64,000 bases of DNA from a virus. Both the position numbers and the translations under genes were made by a program. The stretch covers positions 32,001 to 96,000 of the IMG/VR virus record IMGVR_UViG_3300035661_000011; one strand, 5' to 3'. Below are positions 39,425 to 49,515 of this stretch, piece by piece. Numbering within the stretch: position 1 is the first letter of the stretch; the number at the start of each line of letters is the position of its first letter. The notes under the pieces were generated by a model. That model saw nothing but the letters and a program-made list of their open reading frames with translations. It made no database searches and had not been told where the DNA came from.

Positions 39425-40089
39425 GTGGAGATATTCCGACGTATGAATCTTTACAAAAATACACACAGCTTTTATTTGACCGCACGTACAGATGTATGTG
39501 TGATTTAGTGAGCTTATCGGTTATACAAAAGTTACCTGAGTTAGATATACCTGATACGCCGTTTATTGAGTCGATTGGTATGCATGGTTTTAATTTAGGT
39601 GTGGTAAGAAGTGAAACTAATAACACTTACGATTTGTTAGAAACAGCGTATGGGTGGTCACGTGACTTAGGTGGATATGAGTTTTCACAACACAAAGGTG
39701 AGGGCAGTGTAGAATCTCACAACTTCACGATAGTGCAGATTGCTGAGATTGTGGCTGGGTATGGTAGAGTTGACTTAACATCGGTTAATGACGGAAGAGA
39801 AATTGCTTTTAATATAAGTAAATTTTTAGAAGTAGAAGAAAAATACGCAAGAGTAGATTTACATTATGAACGTCCACCTAAAGAAGATTTACAGGGGCTA
39901 AGAAACTTGTTAGCGTTAGTTGATGGGTTCTTAGAAAAAGCACCAGTTAGAAGTCACAGTAACCGCAAACCTTTACGTTTCGGAACTACTTCTGCAAGTA
40001 CGATAAACAACACTATTACATTACGTAGACAGCAAGAATACCGTGATGACCCAAGAACTCATATTAACCCACATAACTTTTCAAGATGA
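39421..40089 (+). CDS. Hypothetical protein (gp100-like position)
   Basis: ATGA overlap. TIVQIAE and PPKEDLQGL motifs. Confidence 0.7.
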   Translation: MSGDIPTYESLQKYTQLLFDRTYRCMCDLVSLSVIQKLPELDIPDTPFIESIGMHGFNLGVVRSETNNTYDLLETAYGWSRDLGGYEFSQHKGEGSVESHNFTIVQIAEIVAGYGRVDLTSVNDGREIAFNISKFLEVEEKYARVDLHYERPPKEDLQGLRNLLALVDGFLEKAPVRSHSNRKPLRFGTTSASTINNTITLRRQQEYRDDPRTHINPHNFSR

Positions 40090-41435
40090 TTATAGACGAT
40101 AAGGTATTTCAGCAGCAGTTCCTTAAAGTGGGAACTTCTAAACAGAAACCAGTAAACTTTACATATAAAGCGGAGTTTGTAGATGAGAACAATAGTGTAA
40201 TTCCTGTACACAATGTTTTACGATTGCAAGTGGCTGCAAATTACATTGAGCATTTTAGTGATGTAATTTTCTACACTATGGATATGTTTAAAAGTAACTA
40301 TTTTAAACTACTGAAAACCAATCGTAAAAGCTTAATGTTACGAGTTACTAAAACTGAATGTTCTTATACTGGTATTATAAATCAAAATGCTACATCGTCT
40401 AGTAGATTATACGATGTAGCATTAACTAATACTACTTCGGAGGCAGTAGAAACTAGACCAGGTAAGTTAACTGGAACTGAGTGGGATGACTTAGGTGGAT
40501 TTCATGAACTTACAGTCCAATTAATAGAGAGAGGATTAAATGAATTTAGAAACTGGGATGTTCCAGCTAGAGTGTATAAAAACTGTAATCTGACTACATT
40601 GTTACAGGGGTTTATGTCAACCCCACTTAAGTCATTAGACCCAAACATGAAAGTTGGATACGGGTGTACTATACACCCACCAGATAACGATGTTAAGTTC
40701 TTTCAGCGTAAAATTCCAGCTGGGATTAGAATTTATAAGTTTCCTAGACATATGCAGAATACGGTGGGTGTATATGGAAACGGATTAGCGTCGTATTTAT
40801 CAAACTCTATGTGGCATGTGTTCCCAACACACAACGTAGATAGATACACTAATGGTTCTAAAAAGATGACTATTATAAACGTTCCAAGAAATGAGATGAT
40901 GGGAAATAACAATAGTTATTTTTTGGACGCTAATGACGATGAGTTATATGTATACGCTACAGGTGACACATCACACGTTGATAACTCTGATAGAGCAATG
41001 AATAAAGTTGGTACTGGGTTTACCACTGTAAATCCAAATAACCTACTGGACGGATTTGTTAAGAACGATAAAGGTACATTAGTTATTCCTAAAGGACAAA
41101 ACTTAATGAGTGTCAACTTTGATTCTCGTTCTAGTGATATTAACAATGTAAAAACTAGTAAGCCTATATCTGGTAATCGTTTTAATGAAGCATCAAAAAT
41201 AACTAAGTCTATGGTTAATACAATTGTGGTAACGTGGGAGTATTCTAATACAGATTTATTGTACCCAGGTATGCCAGTTAAATTCATCTATAAGAATGGA
41301 GAGACTGCACATATGTTACATGGTGTTTTAGCAGGACATCACACCGAGGCAATAACACCCATGCAGTCTGTAACAGATCACAGGTACAAGTCCACAACTC
41401 AGTTAATACTAACTGTGGAACGAGCTAGTAATTAG
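40086..41435 (+). CDS. Virion structural (baseplate hub/tail tip-like) protein, gp101-like
   Basis: GVYGNGLASY, INVPRN, WEYSNTDLLYPGMPVKF. Synteny. Confidence 0.75.
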   Translation: MIIDDKVFQQQFLKVGTSKQKPVNFTYKAEFVDENNSVIPVHNVLRLQVAANYIEHFSDVIFYTMDMFKSNYFKLLKTNRKSLMLRVTKTECSYTGIINQNATSSSRLYDVALTNTTSEAVETRPGKLTGTEWDDLGGFHELTVQLIERGLNEFRNWDVPARVYKNCNLTTLLQGFMSTPLKSLDPNMKVGYGCTIHPPDNDVKFFQRKIPAGIRIYKFPRHMQNTVGVYGNGLASYLSNSMWHVFPTHNVDRYTNGSKKMTIINVPRNEMMGNNNSYFLDANDDELYVYATGDTSHVDNSDRAMNKVGTGFTTVNPNNLLDGFVKNDKGTLVIPKGQNLMSVNFDSRSSDINNVKTSKPISGNRFNEASKITKSMVNTIVVTWEYSNTDLLYPGMPVKFIYKNGETAHMLHGVLAGHHTEAITPMQSVTDHRYKSTTQLILTVERASN

Positions 41436-41453
41436 AAAGTTCAATTTATATAA

Positions 41454-41468
41454 AAACATATATTATCT
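41454..41468 (+). promoter_or_regulatory. Promoter motif AAACATATATTATCT
   Basis: Exact copy. Confidence 0.7.
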
Positions 41469-41469
41469 T

Positions 41470-41645
41470 GGTGATATAGTTACTTTATCGCTTACACTAA
41501 AATGTGCGTCTGGAGGTTTAATTAACAACGGTGCATTACGAACCATTGATAAGTTAGGCGTTATTTCCATAGTTAACAATAAAAACTTATCACCTGCATA
41601 AACCTTATATGGTGGATCCCTGACAGAAATGTCAGGAGTCCACCA
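41470..41645 (+). ncRNA. Candidate structured leader or small RNA
   Basis: Nested pairings AGGTTTA/TAAACCT, TGCA/TGCA, TGATAAGTT/AACTTATCA and a GAAA-capped hairpin at 41610-41645. No family recognised. Confidence 0.35.
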
Positions 41646-41684
41646 CTAGTTTAAAACATTTAACTTTATTCGGAGATTTACAGT

Positions 41685-42632
41685 ATGTCATCAACTACCA
41701 ATATTACTAAAGAACAAGAAGCTTACATTATCACACTTATTGAAAATGGCGGGTTCTTAAAAGAAGAAGATTTACAGTACAGGGATGTGTTTCGTGCTGT
41801 TGGATTTGTAGTGACTCATGATAACGGGGAGTTCTATTTAACCGGTATGACGCATATACAGAGTGGTATTTTAACAAAATACCGCATTTCAGCACTACAC
41901 AAGAAGATGTTAATGAAAGGACATGACGTTCCACTGGATGTGGTCGCAGCACTTGTGAAACAATCACATACCAAAGTGCACCCAGTGTTATTTCAGTTAG
42001 GTGTAATTTTTACAAACGACACCTTACTAAAACACTTTCTAAGAAACCCACTGTTTTTACACGGTAGTGTTTCAGAAAGTTCAACGTGTGACTATGAAGA
42101 TTGGTTACAACGAACTATGTCTGTGGCTACAATCTACCAGTTTCAAACGATATTAAAGGCACATGATTTAAAGTTGATAGAAACTGCTATTGACAAAGTG
42201 CACACTCAGCTGAAAGGAGTTATCGATTTTGTAAAGTATGAAAAACCAAAAGATTACATTAGATACAATCAACCAAAATTAAGGTTGGGGAATCTTTGTA
42301 TTAAAGAAATTCTCGATTACGGTAAGGATTTTACTGAAGAAGCAGAGTGGGTACTTAAACAGCATTTAAAGTTGGAAGATTGTAAGTTCCCATATTTGCT
42401 GTGTAGTAAGAAGAAACGCGAAATAAATGAGCCAGACGAAGTCGTAGTGCTTCAAAAGTATACAACCGCTGGTGAAGCATTGAGTGAATGTAAAAAGCAC
42501 TCTGGGCGACTTATTGTGATGATTAATTTTAAACGTAACAAGTTGGGATGGTTTGAGTTACATGAACGTATAACGAGCGGAAAATATGTTTACATTGGTT
42601 CCGAAGATCGTCTAACTACACACAAGGGGTAA
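41685..42632 (+). CDS. Hypothetical protein
   Basis: 315-aa ORF, GGAG RBS. Confidence 0.8.
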   Translation: MSSTTNITKEQEAYIITLIENGGFLKEEDLQYRDVFRAVGFVVTHDNGEFYLTGMTHIQSGILTKYRISALHKKMLMKGHDVPLDVVAALVKQSHTKVHPVLFQLGVIFTNDTLLKHFLRNPLFLHGSVSESSTCDYEDWLQRTMSVATIYQFQTILKAHDLKLIETAIDKVHTQLKGVIDFVKYEKPKDYIRYNQPKLRLGNLCIKEILDYGKDFTEEAEWVLKQHLKLEDCKFPYLLCSKKKREINEPDEVVVLQKYTTAGEALSECKKHSGRLIVMINFKRNKLGWFELHERITSGKYVYIGSEDRLTTHKG

Positions 42633-42635
42633 CTT

Positions 42636-43097
42636 ATGCTAACTACAGAAGAAAAAGCAAATTTGTTAGAAACGTTAGCTTGGGTAGTTGACAATGTTAG
42701 ACGTGTTAACCTTATACGGATAGATCTGGAGACTGGAAAAATCCAACTACACACTGAACAGATTTCTGGAATTTCCGGATTATGTACACTGTATGAACAG
42801 GGGTGGAGTTACACAAGTCTAAGTAAAAACACGTTTGAATTAACGCCCCCGGTTACCGACGATGTACACACTGGGTTATCCGTGTATGAACTAGATATAC
42901 CGATGGTAACTAAACGTGCATTGGTAACTACATTTGGAACAGTGTATCGTGGCAAACGTAGAACCGATATGTCCTTAGGAGATTTAGTTAAACTAACGCC
43001 ATTACAACTGTGTTCAGCATACAACGTGGGAAAAGTTAGTGTCTACAAAATAATCAGAGCGTTATCTGAACACAACCTTACTCTGGCCGATAAGTAA
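42636..43097 (+). CDS. Protein with C-terminal RNA polymerase alpha-CTD-like domain
   Basis: SVYELDIPMVTKRAL...LGDLVKLTPLQLCSAYNVGKVSVYKIIRALSEHNLTL aligns by eye to RpoA PVDDLELTVRSANCL...[37 protein letters not shown]. Confidence 0.75.
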   Translation: MLTTEEKANLLETLAWVVDNVRRVNLIRIDLETGKIQLHTEQISGISGLCTLYEQGWSYTSLSKNTFELTPPVTDDVHTGLSVYELDIPMVTKRALVTTFGTVYRGKRRTDMSLGDLVKLTPLQLCSAYNVGKVSVYKIIRALSEHNLTLADK

Positions 43098-43105
43098 AAG
43101 TGGTA

Positions 43106-43141
43106 AATACACCACGTGTCTATATAGACACGTGGTGTATT
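43106..43141. terminator. 36-bp perfect palindrome between convergent genes
   Basis: AATACACCACGTGTCTAT|ATAGACACGTGGTGTATT. Confidence 0.78.
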
Positions 43142-43206
43142 ATACTAATGGCTTATTTTTTAACTAATCAAACTATTTTTTTTTTTAAGTTTACAACCCA
43201 CACAGT

Positions 43207-44724
43207 TTAATCATCAAAGAAACTAGAAGATGACATAGAGTTGGAATTTGGTAACCTAAATAAAGCTGTGGACTCCATACCTACGTCTGGTTTAATACCA
43301 CCTAACTCAAACTTATAATAAAAGTCTCTACGGTTCATAGGGATAAAGTCACCCTCTCTTCGTTTTCCCCTCGAAACACACCAGTATGAACTACCATCAA
43401 TATGCTTACACACATTTGATAAAATTTCCATATCGAGTTCACTATATATACTCTTAGAGTTTTCATACCAGCTACCCTCAGCAAACAGTTTTGTACATCC
43501 GCCAGGGTTTTCTTTTGCTATGGCTCTAGCTTGTGAATCTAATTGTGCACCAGTAGCTAAAGCTATACCTTTGGGGTAGCAGTAACTTCTCATTATGTCA
43601 TAGGTTAATGCTAACTTTATATCATCCCTAGGAGCAGGTGTGTGCTTTGCTATTTTTGTAGCATAGTCAAAGTTACACATATGTATTTCATACCCATCAG
43701 AAATAATTTTATCCAATAGACTAATGAGGTTAAATACACTAAACACATTAGGGTTACATTTGATGAGAAAGACTTTATATCCAGTTTCATCAAAATACTC
43801 CCGTATGTATTCGCCAGCAGCTTCTTTTACAATTTTACCTAAAGGTGTATATACCCCTGTTTCTCTCCAGTGAGCACGCTGATACAAAACAGGTACATCT
43901 TGTTCAGTTGTAGTCTCAACACTAACTCTAACAATTGCTGGTATTTTAGTTGGATCAAATAACCAAGGTTTAGTAAACTTTGGTACATTTAATGTTAAGT
44001 CTAATAAATGTCCAGTCTTATATCCGAATGAAACCGCCCCGATGTTATAAGTCCAACCTCGTATTAACCCACCACCTATAGCATCGTTTAAACCTTGATA
44101 TCCAGTGTTTAACATTCCCTTCTCATCGTTCATGGTTATACCACGGTCTAACGCCTTAGTGATATCTGCAATGTTACCAAAATCAACAATGGTTTCTACA
44201 CCCGGAATCTCTTCCTGACTCATACCTGTGTTAATATCTGACAACTCGGCAATTACTTCTGATAAGAAAGGCTGCATTTCTAAAAACTCACCACTAAAAC
44301 TAATTTTAGCATTTGCTTTCTGTAACGCTTTTCTTGCATTGTCTTTTTTAGTAATGAATCGTAACTCGTTAATAATAGAAGCAATACGACCATCTAACAT
44401 ATCTGGGTTAATCTCAACACGTAATACTTTTTCGACTACAGCCATGTATTCTGGGTTATCTCTACAGTTAATGCGCATTCGTCCAATTACATCTTCTGCG
44501 TGGTGTTTGGTGTCAATAGTGTAGAGCATCCATTCAGCTGAATCCCTAAGGTTTTCTACGATATTTTCATCACTACCAACACCCATTGTAAATTTAGGGT
44601 CAATTTTAATCTTATCTAATATTCGTTTTACTTCATCTTTAATGTGATGTGAACATCCTTCTTTATGACCACACAGGTATAAAAGAGTAATTATTTTAAT
44701 CAACTTTAAAACTTCGTTATCCAT
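43207..44724 (-). CDS. dnaB: DnaB-like replicative helicase (phiKZ gp118-like)
   Basis: LNTGYQGLNDAIGGGLIRG, variant Walker A GAVSFGYKT, VSVE, FDY, GAQL, RGKRR. Divergent from the capsid operon. Confidence 0.88.
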   Translation of the reverse strand: MDNEVLKLIKIITLLYLCGHKEGCSHHIKDEVKRILDKIKIDPKFTMGVGSDENIVENLRDSAEWMLYTIDTKHHAEDVIGRMRINCRDNPEYMAVVEKVLRVEINPDMLDGRIASIINELRFITKKDNARKALQKANAKISFSGEFLEMQPFLSEVIAELSDINTGMSQEEIPGVETIVDFGNIADITKALDRGITMNDEKGMLNTGYQGLNDAIGGGLIRGWTYNIGAVSFGYKTGHLLDLTLNVPKFTKPWLFDPTKIPAIVRVSVETTTEQDVPVLYQRAHWRETGVYTPLGKIVKEAAGEYIREYFDETGYKVFLIKCNPNVFSVFNLISLLDKIISDGYEIHMCNFDYATKIAKHTPAPRDDIKLALTYDIMRSYCYPKGIALATGAQLDSQARAIAKENPGGCTKLFAEGSWYENSKSIYSELDMEILSNVCKHIDGSSYWCVSRGKRREGDFIPMNRRDFYYKFELGGIKPDVGMESTALFRLPNSNSMSSSSFFDD

Positions 44725-44808
44725 AATACCGAACTACCTCTATTTTTTTGTTTGTTATATTTATGTAACAACTGTTAACCATTAACTCGACACTAGGAGC
44801 TATAGGAT

Positions 44809-45282
44809 GTGAAGAAACTATTATATTTAAACGGCGTACAACTCGCATTACTATCACAGCAGGGCGTTAACCTTAATACTCTAACGATTGATAAATTAAA
44901 AGACTCACTTATAGGTTCTGACTTTATAAATATTTGTGAGACAACTGCTACTATGTGTTCAAAGTTTAGTTTTATTAATCGGCTTGGTTTAGAACTAGAC
45001 ACAGATTGGTTACCCACCATCTGTCATAGCTTTTATCAAGGAACTACACAACCAGACATACATGGTTTAACCACACCGCCCTTAGGAACTATCTTTGGTG
45101 CCATTTGTACAACAGATAAAATTCTACTGTTATACCCTATGGAATCCGAGTATATTAATGAGTATGATATGTGCAAGCATTCGCGATTAAACATCTTGTC
45201 TGCTTTAACGAAAATCATGATTTTTAAAGAACTTAAACAGTTAAACGTATTCAAGTCTGCATTTATCGCAGAAGGAAAATAA
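44809..45282 (+). CDS. Hypothetical protein upstream of MCP (gp119-like position)
   Basis: AGGAG RBS, GTG start, ends 2 nt before MCP. Confidence 0.7.
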   Translation: MKKLLYLNGVQLALLSQQGVNLNTLTIDKLKDSLIGSDFINICETTATMCSKFSFINRLGLELDTDWLPTICHSFYQGTTQPDIHGLTTPPLGTIFGAICTTDKILLLYPMESEYINEYDMCKHSRLNILSALTKIMIFKELKQLNVFKSAFIAEGK

Positions 45283-45284
45283 CA

Positions 45285-47579
45285 ATGGCATACTTCGGAT
45301 TAAAAACACTAGATAGCGCATCTGTATCAGCAAGAGCTGCTATCAAAAACATCGTACTAAGTAACGGTAGCTTACTTGGGAAAGACGACCTCTATGGATT
45401 TTGTGGTTTGGAAGCACTTAGCGATAGACGCAAAATGCCAGAGTTCCTTGACAAAGTTGGTGTAGTGGTTGATGTTTTAAAACGCGATCCAGCAATCACA
45501 ACTTGGGTAACTGGCTTAGCTACACCAGATAGAAACGCCGTATACTTTGGTACTAATGCTGCACAGTCTGTAGCTGGTATGGAGTCTATTAGAGACAGCT
45601 GGGTAGACGACGCATTCCAAACATTAGCAGTTTCATTAATGTCACAAATGTCACCACACGAAACCGTAAAACAGTATAATAACATCTGTCCTCAAGCTGG
45701 CAGTGAACGTATCGCACATTCTTTTCAAGGTGCTCCATCTTTAGCTGGTTTAGATAACCCTACTTGGGGTGAGAAATGGGGATTGGAGTCATTTGATCCA
45801 ATCCAACATTTGGATTTCATTGCCGCTTCTGCAATGATTAATGCACAAACTTCTATCCCTGGTGGGTTTGAAGACACGTGGTTTCCTGCTATCTCTTTAC
45901 CACCTGGTCAGGCTGGTTACGATGTACAGATTCAAGTACCAAAGATTTTAATTACACGTTATCGTAATACTTCATCTGGCGCACCTATGCTTCTGCAAAA
46001 AGTGAACTTAGTTGAAGCTGCATACAACCCATCGATTATGGCGTCTAACGGAATTGATATTATTCCAATCGCTATCTCTGCTACAGAACCTGCTCAGTTA
46101 GTTGTTGAAGCTTTAGTTCCTGCTTGGGAAAAAGAAATCCTAGGCGAGAAAATGAAGACTCGACCAATCATCTTTGGTGAAGAAGTTGGTTTAATCGAAC
46201 TTGCTACCTTTAAAGGTATCGAGAACGGTGGTACAATGGACACCACAGATGCCTTATATACTAACATCGGTATTAAAGACATTTACTTTAAAGTAACTGT
46301 AACTACAGGCAAGAATACTGCTACACCAGTTGTTAAATCTGCGGTAATTAAAAACGATGTTACTAACGTAGTCGGTACACTGTTGCAACAAAAGACATTA
46401 GGTCGTCCACAAGGCTTACAAACCACAACCGAAGCACCATTGTATTTAAGTAGCGATTTTACTCCTGTTTCTGGCGACACAAATGCTGACGTTATTGGTG
46501 CCATTCGCAATATCATGGGTCTAGCTGCATCAGCTAAATTTACACTGCAAGGTGTAGTTCGTTTATCTGCTACAGCTGATACTGAAATCGGCAGTATGGT
46601 AGTTGACCAAGCACAACCAAAAGTGGTTTCCGCATTTGGTCCAGTTAAATCTGGTCAGTTACCAATCACGTATGATATCTCAACATTGGACAGCGCAGCT
46701 ACCAGTGTAACTATCACTATGGTTGGGTGGTATCCATCTGCTAAACGTACTAACTCAAACTTACGTACCAATGGAACAATCATTGATGCAAGCAACGTTG
46801 TAAACTACCGTTTGCCTATCAACGTATTTCCTCCATTTACTGCACGTACTGCATTAAACACAACTGACCAAATTACATTTGAAACTTTGGCTAACGTTAC
46901 ACAGTTGTGGGTGTCTGGACAATGTGTTGAAAAGTTATTACAAATGGAAGATTGGTTAACTGAAGTTTCTGGCACTCCAATGGGTGTCGGTGTAATGACT
47001 AACCAGTGTCCAATCATGGGTGGCGAATTTGTTATTCCAACACTTCGTAAAGACTTTGTTGATTTGCAATCATTATGCAAAAACTGGCAGTCTAAAGACA
47101 CATTGGCTAACATTCGCGCCACTATCCAAACAAGTATTATGTACAACTCTTTAGCGTTGTATATGGAGTCTGGTTATTCTTCAGCGATGCAAATGCTGTT
47201 GTCTGATTTGGATGCATATGAAACAATCATTGTTACTGATCCATTGATTGCGCAATACTTTATGGAACCTGGTGATATAAGAACCTTTGGTGATAATCGT
47301 AAATATATCATCACCAAATCTAACAACAAAGACATTCGTGGTAAAGTGTATTACTCGTTCCGTTTAGTAGGTTCAGGTGATTTGGTACACCCTATGTCAT
47401 TCGGTTGCAGATTACAATCACCAAACATCACATATGAAGTTGTACCTATGGCTCGTAGTGGTGCGACATACCGCGAAATTCAATCTATGCCACGTGTAGT
47501 ACCCTATGCTAATTTACCAGTGTTAGGCGTGCTTCTTATTCGTGGGTTGGATACATTCGCTAGCTCACCTGCACAATAG
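45285..47579 (+). CDS. Major capsid protein precursor (phiKZ gp120-like)
   Basis: 764 aa. Propeptide ending WGLE|SFD (E168), RTNSNLRTNG, IIVTDPLIAQYF, LPVLGVLLIRGL. Synteny with dnaB and gp123. Confidence 0.92.
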   Translation: MAYFGLKTLDSASVSARAAIKNIVLSNGSLLGKDDLYGFCGLEALSDRRKMPEFLDKVGVVVDVLKRDPAITTWVTGLATPDRNAVYFGTNAAQSVAGMESIRDSWVDDAFQTLAVSLMSQMSPHETVKQYNNICPQAGSERIAHSFQGAPSLAGLDNPTWGEKWGLESFDPIQHLDFIAASAMINAQTSIPGGFEDTWFPAISLPPGQAGYDVQIQVPKILITRYRNTSSGAPMLLQKVNLVEAAYNPSIMASNGIDIIPIAISATEPAQLVVEALVPAWEKEILGEKMKTRPIIFGEEVGLIELATFKGIENGGTMDTTDALYTNIGIKDIYFKVTVTTGKNTATPVVKSAVIKNDVTNVVGTLLQQKTLGRPQGLQTTTEAPLYLSSDFTPVSGDTNADVIGAIRNIMGLAASAKFTLQGVVRLSATADTEIGSMVVDQAQPKVVSAFGPVKSGQLPITYDISTLDSAATSVTITMVGWYPSAKRTNSNLRTNGTIIDASNVVNYRLPINVFPPFTARTALNTTDQITFETLANVTQLWVSGQCVEKLLQMEDWLTEVSGTPMGVGVMTNQCPIMGGEFVIPTLRKDFVDLQSLCKNWQSKDTLANIRATIQTSIMYNSLALYMESGYSSAMQMLLSDLDAYETIIVTDPLIAQYFMEPGDIRTFGDNRKYIITKSNNKDIRGKVYYSFRLVGSGDLVHPMSFGCRLQSPNITYEVVPMARSGATYREIQSMPRVVPYANLPVLGVLLIRGLDTFASSPAQ

Positions 47580-47604
47580 TTTTAACCGTTAAGTAAGTAG
47601 ATAT

Positions 47605-47638
47605 GTGCACACACAGCTTATATAAGCTGTGTGTGCAC
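47605..47638 (+). terminator. 34-bp perfect palindrome after MCP
   Basis: GTGCACACACAGCTTAT|ATAAGCTGTGTGTGCAC. Confidence 0.8.
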
Positions 47639-47654
47639 TATTCGTTTTTAATTT

Positions 47655-47669
47655 AAACATATATTATCT
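47655..47669 (+). promoter_or_regulatory. Promoter motif AAACATATATTATCT
   Basis: Exact copy. Confidence 0.7.
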
Positions 47670-47716
47670 ATTTGAGCTAACTATTAGTTTATCATTTAAA
47701 CAAACTGGAGAAACCT

Positions 47717-48283
47717 ATGCGATACATAATTCAAAAAGTTACAATGGCGATTATATTTCAATTAGCTATAATAAGGTTTTATATAGCGTATAGTAGAAAT
47801 GGTAATATGTCAGCACTGTGTTTATATTACGCGTTTGTATCAACGATATATACGCGAGAATTGGATAAAATAAAACCAAGTAACAGTGTGCACGAAATAC
47901 ATATTTTAAAAAGTGTGATGCGTGATGTTAACTCACACGATGCTAAGTTAGCTACATTGGGGGACGAACAGATTTTAGTGTTGTGTAAAATACTTAAGTA
48001 TGAAATGGTACCGTTGATAAAATCATATATACGTGGAAAAATAAATATTCTACGTTTATATAACACGTTTGGGTATTATCTATTAGATGACGAAAGTCCA
48101 TATAAAGAACAATTATTAAAACTCGGTGTTAATAAGGAAACACTTGAAAGTATAAATGGGTATTTGTATTCTACAATTCGACACATCAGGTACACTGCCT
48201 CAGTCCAAAGGTTTCAACAGGTGACCGCTGTATTTTCACAAAACGTATTAAAGTTTTCTAAACCGTTTAACCTCATGGCGTAG
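47717..48283 (+). CDS. Hypothetical protein, stand-alone unit
   Basis: GGAG RBS, flanked by promoter and palindrome. Confidence 0.7.
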   Translation: MRYIIQKVTMAIIFQLAIIRFYIAYSRNGNMSALCLYYAFVSTIYTRELDKIKPSNSVHEIHILKSVMRDVNSHDAKLATLGDEQILVLCKILKYEMVPLIKSYIRGKINILRLYNTFGYYLLDDESPYKEQLLKLGVNKETLESINGYLYSTIRHIRYTASVQRFQQVTAVFSQNVLKFSKPFNLMA

Positions 48284-48284
48284 T

Positions 48285-48318
48285 CGTACTCCAGGCAGAA
48301 TATTCTGCCTGGAGTACG
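48285..48318 (+). terminator. 34-bp perfect palindrome
   Basis: CGTACTCCAGGCAGAAT|ATTCTGCCTGGAGTACG. Confidence 0.75.
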
Positions 48319-48340
48319 TATTATTTTTCGACAATGACAC

Positions 48341-48355
48341 AAACATATATTATCT
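48341..48355 (+). promoter_or_regulatory. Promoter motif AAACATATATTATCT
   Basis: Exact copy, heads the operon with the nvRNAP subunit. Confidence 0.7.
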
Positions 48356-48374
48356 AGATGACACTAGTTAGCTT

Positions 48375-49457
48375 ATGGGTATTAAAATGGATGTATTAAA
48401 AAGTGTTTTATCAGAAAAGAAACTAATAACAAATAACAATAGGGGATGTTCAGTAAGTTCTACATATGTTAATTTTTCAAAACATTACTTAGCAGTCTGT
48501 TTCAGAGATGGGTGTTATACTATTTTGTCACCGAATGCAAACAGTGTCAGTGCCGACCTCTTGGTAATTGAACATAACAAAACAAATTTCACAGATGGTA
48601 TTTTAACTGTAGATGGGGATGAGGACCCAATTTTAAATCACATAAAAGAAAATTTAACTAAATCAAACGGGAAGCATGTTACATGGGAAGAAAGAGTCGA
48701 TATTACAGATATCGTTAAAGCAAGGGGTGGTGTTTACATTTCAAATTTAGACGTCTATGTTGGGATAGCTACCCAAATGGAGAGTATACATTTTCACCCA
48801 TACAGTTACCAACATACACTTAATTCCATGTTAAATCATGGAGAGGATTTCGATACCGCATCACAAATTAGCATTCGATTGCAAATAATCGACAACCAAA
48901 AACCTGGTGTAGATTATTACACCGTTCTAAATAATAACATCGTACATTTAAAAAGCGAAAGGAGTATGATAAAGGGTAACGGTTTCTATATAAGTGGTAT
49001 GCCTGAAATTCAATCGGCACATGCAAACAAACTACGTTGTGTTCAAATAGTTAGTTTGGAAAAAGCTTTTTCTAAAGAAGCATCGTTTACACTGTTTACT
49101 ACATTGGCGGAGGCTACAGTAGCTGTAAATGAAAACATAGTACACTCATCGCAGAATAAGTTAGATACTGCGCAACACGAAAAGACTATACTTGAGATAA
49201 AACGAGAGGTAGAATTATTGCAACAAGAGAATCAGTTATTAAACACTAAACGAGTTCAGAAAGAAACTGAACTTAAAGAGTATAAAGTTGAACAGGAGAA
49301 AGTACAACAGGATATAAAATTTAACTATGACTTACGGTTACAACAACTTAAGGAGGAAGCTACAATTAAGAGTGGTGAAGCGAAAAGTACGATGGAGTAT
49401 TATAAATTAGCAGGAGCTGCATTGGGGTTCGGGTTATTAGTTGCAAAACTTATATAA
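48375..49457 (+). CDS. phiKZ gp122-like protein with C-terminal coiled coil and hydrophobic tail
   Basis: HFHPYS, IIDN, long K/E/Q helix, terminal LAGAALGFGLLVAKLI. Confidence 0.72.
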   Translation: MGIKMDVLKSVLSEKKLITNNNRGCSVSSTYVNFSKHYLAVCFRDGCYTILSPNANSVSADLLVIEHNKTNFTDGILTVDGDEDPILNHIKENLTKSNGKHVTWEERVDITDIVKARGGVYISNLDVYVGIATQMESIHFHPYSYQHTLNSMLNHGEDFDTASQISIRLQIIDNQKPGVDYYTVLNNNIVHLKSERSMIKGNGFYISGMPEIQSAHANKLRCVQIVSLEKAFSKEASFTLFTTLAEATVAVNENIVHSSQNKLDTAQHEKTILEIKREVELLQQENQLLNTKRVQKETELKEYKVEQEKVQQDIKFNYDLRLQQLKEEATIKSGEAKSTMEYYKLAGAALGFGLLVAKLI

Positions 49458-49515
49458 ATTTTAAAGGACGTTAACCATGATGTGTTTGTCTAAATTACAT
49501 TTATAGAGGGGTTGT

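Noticed and set aside
23050-44770. Late TATG promoter calls upstream of structural genes
   Set aside because: TATG occurs upstream of several late genes, but a 4-mer in AT-rich DNA is not distinguishable from background without TSS data.
35372-47146. Multiple long antisense ORFs opposite the internal head protein, dnaB and MCP genes
   Set aside because: Same-register shadows caused by codon bias of the real genes, with no RBS or motifs.
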